From assembly GCA_963775425.1 (NCBI GenBank), contig CAVZJB010000004.1:224001-288000 (forward strand): a stretch of DNA of 64,000 nucleotides, given 5' to 3'. Below the pieces are notes generated by a model that was given only the letters and a program-made list of their open reading frames with translations, made no database searches and was not told the origin of the DNA. Below, piece after piece: positions 1 through 9,281 of the stretch. This DNA comes from an uncultured delta proteobacterium. Lineage in GTDB: Bacteria > Myxococcota > UBA727 > VGSZ01. The position numbers were made by a program, and so were the translations under genes. Within the stretch, counting starts at the first letter, position 1. Each line of letters opens with the position of its first letter.

Positions 1-237
1 GCCTTCGAGTACTTCCAGTTCGATATCAACGGTGACGTCGGCTACGACTCGCCGCACCTGCTCACCATCGAAGACTTCGGCACCGACGGGCCCGACGCCA
101 ACAGCGAGATCAACCTCGACAACCCCAAAGAGCGGAACCCCTTCTACAACCCCGCGATCGACACCGTCGGCCGCCGCGTGCGCGTGGAGCAGTCGGTGCA
201 CCTCGGCGTGCTCGTCCACGCCGCCATCACCTTCTAG
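1..237 (+). CDS. Partial CDS (3' end), probable outer-membrane beta-barrel protein
   Basis: Frame 1 is open from base 1 to TAG at 235-237 with GC3-rich codons (AFEYFQFDINGDVGYD...LGVLVHAAITF). It ends in an amphipathic strand with a terminal Phe, as barrel C-termini do. Confidence 0.55.
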   Translation, partial: AFEYFQFDINGDVGYDSPHLLTIEDFGTDGPDANSEINLDNPKERNPFYNPAIDTVGRRVRVEQSVHLGVLVHAAITF

Positions 238-267
238 CCCGGCGACGCGCCGCGTGGAGCTCATTCG

Positions 268-813
268 TTGGGACAGACGCGGTACGTAGCGCTCCTCCGG
301 GGCATCAACCTCGGCGGCAAGAACAAGCTCCCGATGAAGGAGCTGGTGGCGCTGTTCGACGCCGCCGGCTGCGACGACGTCGTCACGTACATCCAGAGCG
401 GCAACGTGGTGTTCACGGCGTCAGCCGCGACGGTGAAGTCGCTGCCGGACGACATCGCCGCCGCCATCCACAAGGGGCACGGTTTGAAGGTGCCGGTGGT
501 GCTGCGCTCGGCCGCCGAGCTCGACAAGGTCGTCAAGGGCAACCCCTTCCTGAAGCGCGGCGCCGACGCCGGGCACTGTCACGTCGCGTTCCTCGCGGCG
601 GCGCCGACGCGCGCGCAGGTGGCGGCGCTCGATCCGCAGCGCTCCCCGGGCGACGACTTCGTCGTCGCCGGCCGCGACGTCTACCTGCACCTGCCAAACG
701 GCGTGGCGCGCAGCAAGCTCACCAACGCGTGGCTCGACACGAAGCTGAAGACCGTCTCGACGGCGCGCAACTGGCGCACCGTGCTGAAGGTCCTGGAGCT
801 CGCCGCGCGATGA
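268..813 (+). CDS. DUF1697 family protein
   Basis: Signature YVALLRGINLGGKNKLPM, TYIQSGNVVF and C-terminal TARNWRTV. Confidence 0.9.
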   Translation: MGQTRYVALLRGINLGGKNKLPMKELVALFDAAGCDDVVTYIQSGNVVFTASAATVKSLPDDIAAAIHKGHGLKVPVVLRSAAELDKVVKGNPFLKRGADAGHCHVAFLAAAPTRAQVAALDPQRSPGDDFVVAGRDVYLHLPNGVARSKLTNAWLDTKLKTVSTARNWRTVLKVLELAAR

Positions 814-822
814 CGATCCCGT

Positions 823-1353
823 TCAGGGCGGCCGGCCGCGCCGACCGAGCCGCTGGTTGTATCTGCGGGCGGCGGCTTCGGCGCGGGCGCCCGGCAGCAC
901 CGGGTCGTACATCTCGTCGCCGATGTCCGCGGCGTACGCGAACCCCAGCGGGATGGCGACGATGGACGCGGTCAACAGCAAGGCGCCGGGGATGAGCCCG
1001 ATGAGGCCGATGGGCCCGTCGATCACCGTCCAGACGATGCCGCCGGCGAGCGCGCCGCCGCCGACGACGGCGCCGGCGACGCCGCCGTAGCCGACGCCGA
1101 GCTGCGTGGCGAGCTCGGCCGCGAAGATCTTCGCGCGCCGCCCGCGCACGGCCTGCACCGCGGCGGCGTCGCCGGCGATCTCGTAGAAGTCCTGCTCGTC
1201 GACGGCGGCGCGGCCCTGCCGCAGGTAGCCGCGCGAATCCACCACGAGCGCTTCGCCGGTGGCGCGCTGGTGCATCGCGGGGTTCGCCGTCAGGCACGCC
1301 GCGCTCGACGCGATCACCAGCGCGCACGCCGCCAGGGTCTCCACCGCTCGCAC
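823..1353 (-). CDS. Hypothetical membrane protein or lipoprotein
   Basis: Signal-like N-terminus ending SSAAC, two hydrophobic segments, GC3-biased codons; TATCCT lies 6 nt before the GTG. Confidence 0.65.
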   Translation of the reverse strand: MRAVETLAACALVIASSAACLTANPAMHQRATGEALVVDSRGYLRQGRAAVDEQDFYEIAGDAAAVQAVRGRRAKIFAAELATQLGVGYGGVAGAVVGGGALAGGIVWTVIDGPIGLIGLIPGALLLTASIVAIPLGFAYAADIGDEMYDPVLPGARAEAAARRYNQRLGRRGRPP

Positions 1354-1389
1354 GCCCGAAGGATACCCGAGCGGCCCGACGGCGGTCGC

Positions 1390-2487
1390 TCAACCCGACG
1401 GGCGTGGCCCGCGCGCGGCGTTGCCGCGGCGGAACACCGTCCCCGCGGCGCGCTTGACGACGACGGGCAGCCCGAGGAACCGGCCGTAGCGCGCGGCGGC
1501 TTCCGCGACGGCGGCGCGGGCGCCGGCCCCGAGCGCGGTCAGCGTCATGGTCTCCAGCTCGACGGCGCGGCCCGTGCGCGTGCGTCGCCAGCCGCCGACC
1601 ACCACGCCGTCGACCGCGATCGCGTTTGTGAAGAGCACGTCGCCGCCCGCGTGCGAAAGGACGGACGCGTGGATCGTGGCGCTGCGATCGCGATAGGCCA
1701 CCAGGAGCTCGTCGTAATTGGGCAGCAGGTGCGCCACCGGCGCGCCTTTGGTGCGGCGGGCGTCGTGTGCGCCGAGCCAGGTGCGGCCGTCGACGACGGT
1801 GCGCGCGACGTCGGCGGCGGCGTCGACGGCGGCCTTTGCGTCGGCGGCGGCCATGCCGGACCACCACGCGAAGTCCTGCGCGGTGGCGGGCCCGTGGCTC
1901 GCGAAGTAGCGCCGCGCGAGCTCGACGAGCGCCTCGTCGCGGGTGAGCGCTCTCGCCGGCGGCACGCGCTCGTCGACGGCGGCGTAGCTGGTCTGCTTGC
2001 CCTTCATCGGCCCGCTGCACACGAGGAGCTCGAGCTCCGCGTACATCATCACGTGCGCGAGCGCCTGGCCGGTGACGCCGATGCGCGCCCCGATCTCGTT
2101 GCGCGTGAGCGCGGTCCCGCGGACGGCGCGGGCGGCGGCGTCGGCGAGCCGCGCGAGCTTCTTCGCGTCGAGCCCGAGCTGCGCGCGATAGCGCGCGGAG
2201 GAGGCGTGCACGCGCGCGGCGGTGAGCGCCTGCAACCAGCGCAGGTCCGCCGGGGCGACGAAGTGCCACGTGGGTCGCATGGCGTGAACGCGCACGAAGG
2301 CGCCGGCGTCGTACGCGGCCGTCACGCCGGCCTCGGTGGCGCCCTTCGCGCGCTGGCCGAGCGCCCACAGCGCGCCGCCGAGGTCCTGCGCCTGCACCGC
2401 CCCCAGGTGGGCGACGACGCCGGCGGGCGACGACAGCGGCGCTCCGACGAGTCGCTGGTTCCGCAGGCGCGCGCGCGCGACGTCCAT
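1390..2487 (-). CDS. AlkZ/YcaQ (HTH_42) family winged-helix DNA glycosylase
   Basis: GAVQAQD (Q-x-Q) motif, RVHAMRPTWHFV, RYFASHGPAT.QDFAWWSG, HLLPNYDELLVAY, VDGVVVGGW. Confidence 0.85.
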   Translation of the reverse strand: MDVARARLRNQRLVGAPLSSPAGVVAHLGAVQAQDLGGALWALGQRAKGATEAGVTAAYDAGAFVRVHAMRPTWHFVAPADLRWLQALTAARVHASSARYRAQLGLDAKKLARLADAAARAVRGTALTRNEIGARIGVTGQALAHVMMYAELELLVCSGPMKGKQTSYAAVDERVPPARALTRDEALVELARRYFASHGPATAQDFAWWSGMAAADAKAAVDAAADVARTVVDGRTWLGAHDARRTKGAPVAHLLPNYDELLVAYRDRSATIHASVLSHAGGDVLFTNAIAVDGVVVGGWRRTRTGRAVELETMTLTALGAGARAAVAEAAARYGRFLGLPVVVKRAAGTVFRRGNAARGPRPSG

Positions 2488-2532
2488 GCGCCCGACGCTA
2501 GCGTGGCGCCGCGCACCGGGGGAGCCGCTCCG

Positions 2533-3447
2533 TCACCGCGCGGCGACGGCGATGCGGCCGACGGCGGTGGAGCTTCGTCGCGTGAGCGCGACGCCGAAGC
2601 GGGCGGCGGCGGCGTCGAGGTTCTCGTCGGTGATCACCCGGAAGCCGTGGCGCGCGAGCGCCTCGCGCATCTTGTCCGCCGTGTAGAACGATCGCTGCGG
2701 CTCGTGCTCCAAGGGGTTCTGCGCGCTGCCGAGCCTGCCGAGGGCGGCGGCCAGCATGCGCCCGAGCGCCTGCTTGAGCCCGGGCGCGAGGTAGCCGACG
2801 ACGATGCGGCTGCCCGGGGCGGAGCGGCCGGCGACGACGTCCAGGGTGGCCTCGACCTCGTCGGGCGTGAGGTAGGGGACGACGCCCTCCCACAGCCACG
2901 CCGTGGGCGCCGCGGCGTCGTGGCCGGCGGCGGCGAGCGCGGCGGCGAGGGAGTCCCTGGCGAAGTCGACGGCGACGAAGCGCACCTCCCGGGCCTTCTG
3001 CGTGAGCGGCGCGCCGCGCGCGGCGGCCGCGGCCATGCGCGCGCGCTTGTCCGCCTGGGAGTCGGGGTGATCGACCTCGAAGACGACGGCCTCGCGCAGC
3101 GCGTCCATGCGATAGGCGCGGCCATCGAGCCCGGCCCCGAGGAGCACGAGCTGCGCGCCGTGTCCGTCGGCGACGGCGGTGCGCACCGCCTCGTCGATGG
3201 CGAGCGTGCGCGGCGCCATCACCTCGGCGTTGGCGTGCAGCATCTCCCAGGCGATGCGCGGCTGCATCCCGCGGGGCGGCTCCGGCGCGGCGGCGGCGCG
3301 CGTGACCTCGTCGCGCTCGTCGTCGCGCAGAAGCGCGAGCGCGGTGGGGTCGGCGAAGGCGCCGTTGTGCGTGGCGACGCGGCCGTCGGCCAGCGCGCGC
3401 CCCTTGCAGACGAGGACGGCGGTGCGGCTGGCGTGCCCCTCCTTCAT
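2533..3447 (-). CDS. Class I SAM-dependent methyltransferase (LCM/PPM1-like)
   Basis: Start trimmed to MKEGHASRTA; motifs RTLAID, QLVLLGAGLDGRAYR, FEVDHP, WLWEGVVPYL. Confidence 0.88.
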   Translation of the reverse strand: MKEGHASRTAVLVCKGRALADGRVATHNGAFADPTALALLRDDERDEVTRAAAAPEPPRGMQPRIAWEMLHANAEVMAPRTLAIDEAVRTAVADGHGAQLVLLGAGLDGRAYRMDALREAVVFEVDHPDSQADKRARMAAAAARGAPLTQKAREVRFVAVDFARDSLAAALAAAGHDAAAPTAWLWEGVVPYLTPDEVEATLDVVAGRSAPGSRIVVGYLAPGLKQALGRMLAAALGRLGSAQNPLEHEPQRSFYTADKMREALARHGFRVITDENLDAAAARFGVALTRRSSTAVGRIAVAAR

Positions 3448-3662
3448 CGCGTGCTCCCGTGCGCGGCGACGGGGCGCGCGTGGCGTCGCACGTTCCCGAT
3501 CCTCGAGGCACGCCGCATGGCGCGAGCGTAGGGCGCGACCCGTGCCCGGGTGCAAGCCGAAAGCGCTTCGCCGCGACGGGACGGTCGCGCGGCCCGCGCC
3601 GTCGACGCGCGCCCGCTTCGAGCCGGGCCCGCAGGCGCGTCGTCGAGCGCGCCGGGCGCCCA

Positions 3663-4781
3663 TCACTCTGATCGGTCCTCGGCCTCCATCGCCAGCGCGT
3701 CGTCGAGCGCGTCGAGCGCGGCGAGCGCGCCGAGCACGGCCTTCACGGCGTCGCCGCCCTCGACGGGCGCGCGCAGCGCCGGCGTGCGCGCGAGCAGCTC
3801 GAGGAGCGCGTCGGCCCCGGGGATCTCCGACGAGACCGGCGGCGCGACCGCGGCCGCGGCCACGGGGGGCGGCGCCCCCCGCTCGCGCTGTGCGGCGGCG
3901 TCGGCGTCGACGAGCGCGTGCGCGGCCTCCGCGAGCAGCGAGCGGGCGCGCGCGAGCTGCTCGGCGACCTCGTCGGGGCGGGCGCGCGCGCGCCGCACGC
4001 GCTCGTAGGCGTCCTTCACCGGAATGCCGAGCGCGGCGGCGAGCTTCTTCGCGCGCTCCTTGGGGGGCAGCGACGTGTCGGCGGCGATGGCGCCGGCGTC
4101 GACCGCCTCTTCGGCGCGAGCCTCGCCCGCCTCGACGACGATCACCGCCTCGCCCTTCTCCAAAAACGGCGGCGAGAGCGCCCCGCCGAGGACGCCGCGG
4201 TGAAACGTCTCGTGCAGCTTGGTGAGCTCGCGGGCCACCACCACGCGCCGCGGGCCGAGCGCCGCGGCGAGGTCCGCGAGCGTCTCCTCGACGCGCTGGG
4301 GCGCCTCGTACACCACGACGGCGAAGCCGCTCCGCGCGGCCGCGTCGATGAGCGAAGCGCGCGAACGGCCGCCGCGGGGGAGGAAGCCGAGGAAGGAGAA
4401 GCGCGACGCGTCGACGCCCGCGCCCATCAGCGCCGCGGTGATCGCCGACGGGCCCGGCAGCACCTCGACCTCGACGCCGGCGGCGACCACGTCCTCGACG
4501 AGGCGGCCGCCCGGGTCGGACACCGCGGGCGCGCCGGCGTCGGTGACGAGCGCGACGCGCTTGTCCTCGCGCAGGAGCGCGATGACCTCGAGGGCGCGCT
4601 CTCGCTCGTTGTGCGCGTGGCATGACAGGAGCCGCGCGTGCGCACCCACGCGATCGAGGAGCGGCCGGCTGTGGCGCGTGTCCTCGCAGAGCACGACGTC
4701 CGCGCTCTTGAGCACCTCGGCGGCGCGCGGCGCGAGGTCGCCGAGGTTGCCGATGGGCGTACAGACCACGGCGAGCTTCAT
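3663..4781 (-). CDS. rsmI: 16S rRNA (cytidine1402-2'-O)-methyltransferase with a C-terminal extension
   Basis: LAVVCTPIGNLGD, CEDTRHS, VTDAGAPAVSDPG, YEAPQR, ARELTKLHE; the start overlaps the yraN stop (ATGA). Confidence 0.93.
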   Translation of the reverse strand: MKLAVVCTPIGNLGDLAPRAAEVLKSADVVLCEDTRHSRPLLDRVGAHARLLSCHAHNERERALEVIALLREDKRVALVTDAGAPAVSDPGGRLVEDVVAAGVEVEVLPGPSAITAALMGAGVDASRFSFLGFLPRGGRSRASLIDAAARSGFAVVVYEAPQRVEETLADLAAALGPRRVVVARELTKLHETFHRGVLGGALSPPFLEKGEAVIVVEAGEARAEEAVDAGAIAADTSLPPKERAKKLAAALGIPVKDAYERVRRARARPDEVAEQLARARSLLAEAAHALVDADAAAQRERGAPPPVAAAAVAPPVSSEIPGADALLELLARTPALRAPVEGGDAVKAVLGALAALDALDDALAMEAEDRSE

Positions 4782-5143
4782 CGCGTGGCCTCGAAGGCGT
4801 TCTTCACGAGCTCGGTGCGGTCGCCGGCGATGACGACGACGTCGAAGCGGCAGCGCGGCGGCTCCCGCCCCGGAGTCGCGCGCTCGAGGTTGGCGACGTA
4901 GGCGCGGGCCGCGCGGATGATGCGCGCCTGCTTCTTGCCGTTCACGGAGTACAGCGCGTCGTCGATGCGCTCGCGCAGGCGCACCTCGATGAAGCAAAGG
5001 AGCTCGCCGTCGCGGGCGATGACGTCGACCTCGCAGCGGGCGACGCGCACGTTGCGCCCGATGATCTCGTAGCCCTCACGCATCAGCCGCAACACCGCGC
5101 GGTCCTCGCCCCCCCTGCCCTTCTCCGTCGTGGACTCAACCAT
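4778..5143 (-). CDS. yraN: YraN (UPF0102) family protein
   Basis: G..GEDRA..L...GY.I..RN, EVDVIARDG, FIEVR, RFDVV; typical rnhB-yraN-rsmI context. Confidence 0.9.
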   Translation of the reverse strand: MVESTTEKGRGGEDRAVLRLMREGYEIIGRNVRVARCEVDVIARDGELLCFIEVRLRERIDDALYSVNGKKQARIIRAARAYVANLERATPGREPPRCRFDVVVIAGDRTELVKNAFEATR

Positions 5144-5888
5144 CGGCGCCGCTCCGGCCGGCGCCGGCGGCCGCGTCGCCCGCGCGCACGGGGGCGAAGC
5201 TGCGGCGGTGCAGCGCGCACGGGCCGAGCCGGGACAGCGCCTCGAGGTGTTGCGGCGTGCCGTAGCCCTTGTGCGCGTCGAAGCCGTAGTCGGGGTAGCG
5301 CGCGTGCTCGACGACCATGCGGCGATCGCGGGTGACCTTGGCGAGCACGGACGCCGCCATGATGGGACGCGACAGCGCGTCGCCGCCGATGACCGTTCGC
5401 TGCGAGACCCGCATCGGCAGCGGCGCCTTCTGGTTGCCGTCGATGACGGCGCCCTGCACCTCGCGCCCGAGCCGCTGCTCGCAGGCGGCGAGCGCCACGG
5501 CCATGGCCTCGAGGCTCGCGCGCAGGATGTTGATCTCGTCGATGCGGTCGGCCTCGACCACGCCGACGCCCCACGCGCGCGCGTGCTCGAGGATGATCGG
5601 GAACAACGCCTCGCGCGCCTCGTGCGAGAGCTTCTTGCTGTCGTTGAGCGGCAAGAGGGGCTCCGGCAGCGGCACCGGCAACACGCACGCCGCCGCCACC
5701 ACCGGCCCCGCCAGCGGACCGCGCCCGGCCTCGTCGAGGCCGGCGACGACGGCGCCGTGACCGAGGGAACGCGCCATCTGGACCGCGGGATCGTCGTCGT
5801 CGTGAAAGCCGGGGAACGCCGCCTGCGCGCGCCGCGCCCCCGCCTTGGGCGGGGCCCGCCTGGGTGCGCGCGGCTTCCCGGCGTTCAT
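5136..5888 (-). CDS. rnhB: Ribonuclease HII
   Basis: GLDEAGRGPLAGPVVAAA, LNDSKKL, IDGN, AASVLAKVTRD, HKGYGT, HRRSF; start at MNAGKP, coupled to the upstream stop. Confidence 0.95.
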   Translation of the reverse strand: MNAGKPRAPRRAPPKAGARRAQAAFPGFHDDDDPAVQMARSLGHGAVVAGLDEAGRGPLAGPVVAAACVLPVPLPEPLLPLNDSKKLSHEAREALFPIILEHARAWGVGVVEADRIDEINILRASLEAMAVALAACEQRLGREVQGAVIDGNQKAPLPMRVSQRTVIGGDALSRPIMAASVLAKVTRDRRMVVEHARYPDYGFDAHKGYGTPQHLEALSRLGPCALHRRSFAPVRAGDAAAGAGRSGADG

Positions 5889-7882
5889 CCCGGCCGCCCG
5901 CCGAGCGCGGCGCTCTCGGAGATGCTCACGACCTGCGTGGCGTTCGACAGGAACGTGAGCATGTTCTTCAACAAGGGCGCCTTGCTGTCGGCGAGCGTGT
6001 CGAGGCCGCGGTCGAAGACGACGGGGATGCGCGTGCGCCCGACGATGACCTCGATGAGCGCGACCTTCAGCGCGATCCAACTGAGGTCGCGATCGAAGGG
6101 CGGCAACTGCGCGAAGGGGATCGGCTGGCCGGCGGCGGCGTCGACGGCGCTGGTCTCGCCGCGGCCGGAGAAGCGCAGCTCCTTGTAGCGGTTGTCGGCG
6201 AGCGCGGCGAAGATCTGGCTCGCCCGCGGCTTCACCTGTTGCGCGATGTCCTCGACGGTGCCGCCGAGCAGCACGTCGCGGGCGAGCTCGAGCTGCCGCT
6301 GACAGAGATCGGGCGACGGCGCCGGCGCCGGCTCCTCCCCGGAGAGGTCGGCGCCCGTGTCGCCGAAGAGCGCGCGCGCGTCCTCCGCGGTGGCGTCGAC
6401 GGCGGCGCCGTCGGAGACGCTGTCGCCCGAGAGGACGGCCTGGATCTCCATGCGCTCCCGCTCGAGATCGGTGACGCCGGCGTAGCCCCCGCTCAACTGG
6501 AGCTTGTCCTCGAGCGCGCGGATGCGATCGGCGATGTCGCGCTGCTCGGCCTCGAGCGTGCCGGCGTCGCCCTCCTGCTCCGCCTCCGCGAGCGCCGCGC
6601 GTGTCTGCTCGAGCACCGCCTGCGTCTCCGTGCGTGCGACGAGCTGCTCCTCGACGTCGGGGAGCTGCTCGAGGGCGAAGCCCGCCCTGCCGAGCACGCT
6701 CTTGACGTGCTCCTCGTCGATGCGCAGCTTCTCCATCAGCCGCTTCTTCTCGACGTCGATGCGCGCGACGCGGCGGCGCACGCTCTCGCCGTGCTCGAGA
6801 GAGCCGAGCACGCGGATGCCGCCGACGAGGGCGACGCCGAACGCGGGGATGTCGATGAACGCCGCCCACTGCAAGGGCGGATACGCCACGGCGCCGATGA
6901 GGCCGAGCACGACGGCGGCGACGCCGGCGAGGACGCCGTAGATGACCATCGGATCCCGCTTGGCGACCTCGAACGGCTGTTGCCGTCCGCTCCTGTCGAC
7001 GGTGCCGCTCGACTCGATGAGCCGATCGCGCTCCTCTTCCATACGCTCCATGGAGGCCGCGTGCTCCGCCTTCACCTTCCGCAGGTGCGCGCCCTGGTCG
7101 ATGAGGTCGGGCGAGACGCCCTCGATGCTGTGGAAGCGCTGCATCTGCGTCTCGGCCTGCTCGACGCTGCGCCGGAGCGTGGACAGCGGGCGCAGCTTGG
7201 CCTCGATCTCGAAGAGCTTCTTCTGCAGGCCGTCGAGCTCGAACTCGACCTCCTTGATGTCGTCCTGCGCCGCGAGCGTCTCGTCGATCTCGGCGAGGCG
7301 CGCCTTGAGCTGCTCGTCGCTGCGGCCGCCGCGCTCGGAGACGGGGGCGCCCTCGTCGGAGAAGCCGGGCGGCAGGGGCTTGTCCTCGCGCGCCCCGCGC
7401 GCGCTCGACACGCTCGCCGCCGGCGCCCGCGACGACGACGACGCGCCCGCGGCGGGCGCGCGCTGCGACGGGAGGTCCTCGCGCACGCAGAACATGAGCT
7501 CGCGCAGCACGTCCTCCTGCGGGAAGCCGATGGTGGCCGTGACCGCCTGCGCAATCTCGCTGGCGGTGTTGCTCATCGGCTCGGCCTTGTCCCCCGCCAT
7601 CCGCTGGAGCGCGCGGCGGCCGGTGTGGACGTCCTGGAGGAGCCGGTAGCGCTGGCCGTCCCGCCCCTGCACCGTGAGGGCGACGCGGCTCTGCGCCGTG
7701 GGGATGTCGAGGTCGAAGAGCGTGGGCTCGGTGCCGACGGGGTAGAGCAGGTCGAGGATCACCCGCACCATGAGGCGCTCACGCGGCGCCGCCGGCAGGA
7801 CGGTGATCCTGGGGGCGAAAGGAAGGCGCACCATCTCGGGTGCGCCTTGAAGCCCCTGCGTGACGATCTCCAGGAGCTCCAC
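5885..7882 (-). CDS. SMC/YhaN-like coiled-coil protein with two TM segments and degenerate ATPase motifs
   Basis: Head-coil-TM-coil-head layout; N-terminal MELLEIVTQGLQG and C-terminal IPVVFD...QVV resemble ABC/SMC half-heads. No GxxGxGKS/T and no LSGG in the expected positions. Confidence 0.6.
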   Translation of the reverse strand: MELLEIVTQGLQGAPEMVRLPFAPRITVLPAAPRERLMVRVILDLLYPVGTEPTLFDLDIPTAQSRVALTVQGRDGQRYRLLQDVHTGRRALQRMAGDKAEPMSNTASEIAQAVTATIGFPQEDVLRELMFCVREDLPSQRAPAAGASSSSRAPAASVSSARGAREDKPLPPGFSDEGAPVSERGGRSDEQLKARLAEIDETLAAQDDIKEVEFELDGLQKKLFEIEAKLRPLSTLRRSVEQAETQMQRFHSIEGVSPDLIDQGAHLRKVKAEHAASMERMEEERDRLIESSGTVDRSGRQQPFEVAKRDPMVIYGVLAGVAAVVLGLIGAVAYPPLQWAAFIDIPAFGVALVGGIRVLGSLEHGESVRRRVARIDVEKKRLMEKLRIDEEHVKSVLGRAGFALEQLPDVEEQLVARTETQAVLEQTRAALAEAEQEGDAGTLEAEQRDIADRIRALEDKLQLSGGYAGVTDLERERMEIQAVLSGDSVSDGAAVDATAEDARALFGDTGADLSGEEPAPAPSPDLCQRQLELARDVLLGGTVEDIAQQVKPRASQIFAALADNRYKELRFSGRGETSAVDAAAGQPIPFAQLPPFDRDLSWIALKVALIEVIVGRTRIPVVFDRGLDTLADSKAPLLKNMLTFLSNATQVVSISESAALGGRPG

Positions 7883-7888
7883 CGGAGC

Positions 7889-8293
7889 TCAGCCCTCGGA
7901 CGATTCCGCCGGCGCCTGCTGCTGCTGCTGCTGCTGCTGGACGACGTTGCCGAAGTCCTGGTGCGCCTTGATGCGGGCCTTCTTGCCCTTGAGGCTGCGC
8001 AGGTAGAAGAGCTTGGCGCGCTTGACGCGGCCGCGCTGAACGACGTCGACCTTGTCGATCTGCGGCGAGCTCATCGGGAAGATGCGCTCGACGCCCTGGC
8101 CGAAGCTCATCTTGCGCACCGTCATGGTGGCCCGGTTCCCACCACGGTGGCGGGCGATGCAGACGCCTTCGAAGGCCTGCACGCGGACCTTGTCGCCCTC
8201 GAGGATCTTGAAGTGGACGCGGACCGTGTCCCCGGGTCGGAACGCGGGGAGGTTGCGGATGAAGGACTTCTCGATGTCGCCGATGATCGTCAT
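7889..8293 (-). CDS. rplS: 50S ribosomal protein L19
   Basis: [55 protein letters not shown]; start trimmed to MTIIGDIEK. Confidence 0.97.
   Translation of the reverse strand: MTIIGDIEKSFIRNLPAFRPGDTVRVHFKILEGDKVRVQAFEGVCIARHRGGNRATMTVRKMSFGQGVERIFPMSSPQIDKVDVVQRGRVKRAKLFYLRSLKGKKARIKAHQDFGNVVQQQQQQQQAPAESSEG
7916..7939 (-). repeat. (CAG)8 microsatellite encoding poly-Q in the L19 tail
   Basis: Eight perfect CTG units on the + strand. Confidence 0.95.
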
Positions 8294-8315
8294 AAGGACG
8301 GGCAGACAAGCATGC

Positions 8316-8343
8316 TTGACAGTCGTCGGCAAGAGGCTACAAC
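8316..8343 (+). promoter_or_regulatory. Putative sigma70 promoter for the double-HTH gene
   Basis: TTGACA (8316-8321), 16-nt spacer, TACAAC (8338-8343), 26 nt upstream of the ATG at 8370. Confidence 0.5.
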
Positions 8344-8369
8344 CGCGTGATCCCCGAGAAAGACACGGC

Positions 8370-9281
8370 ATGATCTTCAACAGCAAACAGCTGGAAGAGC
8401 TCGAGAACATCCACGACTCGACGGGCGCCTTCGAGGAAGAGGGCGACGAAGAGGCGGGCTTCGACGAGGTCGGCGAAGCGGCGATGGACTGGCGCCGGAG
8501 CCTCATCGAGGAGGCCGCCGAGAACATCAAGCGCGCCAAGACCCGCCCCGTCGAGCCGCACATCCAGTACAACATCGGCTCCATGCTGTTCGACCGGGAC
8601 GCCCGCCGCTTCGCGCGGGTGCAGCGCTCGGTCCCGGGCTACCTCAAGATCGCCTATCTCTCCGGCGGTGACCGCGAATTCGGCGCCCTGGACGTCACCG
8701 GCTACCTGCGGGATCAGGGCGCCCAAAAGCGCCTCTCGGAGCTCGCCGAGCAGCTCGGCATGCCCGACGCCGACGTGGGCCACGAGCTCGAGCGGCTCGG
8801 CATCACGCCGCTCGAGGAGCCCGAGGCCGAGGCCACGCCCGCCGACGCCGCCGACGCCGCGCCCGCGCGCGGCCAGAAGAAGGGCGCCCCCGCCCCCGCC
8901 GACAACGGCGCGAACGGCGTCCACAAGGCCGTCAACGGCAAGCAAGCGCGCGTCGCGCAGAAGGCGCAAAAGGCGGCCCCGCCGCCCGCCAAGGCCGCCC
9001 GCCCGGCCGCCCCCGCGGCTGCCCCCGCCGGCCGCAAGGCCGCCGAGACCCAAAAGCCGCAGAAGGCGCCGCAGAAAGCCCAAAAGCCGGCGGCCAAGCC
9101 CGCCGCGGGCGCGCGCCCCTCGGGCAAGGGCGTCAACCCCATCGACGACCCCAACGGCTACATCAAGGCCAACTTCCAGCAGATGTCCAACCGGGAGCTG
9201 GCGCGCCTCACGGGGCTGTCGGAGCACACCATCCGCCGCAAGCTCGGGGAGTGGGGCCTGAAGCGCAAGAAAGAGGTCTGA
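8370..9281 (+). CDS. Hypothetical DNA-binding protein with two HTH-like repeats and a K/A/P-rich linker
   Basis: Start MIFNSKQ; repeats YLRDQ...[24 protein letters not shown] and YIKAN...[24 protein letters not shown]. Confidence 0.7.
   Translation: MIFNSKQLEELENIHDSTGAFEEEGDEEAGFDEVGEAAMDWRRSLIEEAAENIKRAKTRPVEPHIQYNIGSMLFDRDARRFARVQRSVPGYLKIAYLSGGDREFGALDVTGYLRDQGAQKRLSELAEQLGMPDADVGHELERLGITPLEEPEAEATPADAADAAPARGQKKGAPAPADNGANGVHKAVNGKQARVAQKAQKAAPPPAKAARPAAPAAAPAGRKAAETQKPQKAPQKAQKPAAKPAAGARPSGKGVNPIDDPNGYIKANFQQMSNRELARLTGLSEHTIRRKLGEWGLKRKKEV

Noticed and set aside
5885-7882. SMC-like gene as part of a Wadjet/Lamassu-type defence system
   Set aside because: No partner genes, degenerate ATPase motifs and a housekeeping operon context.
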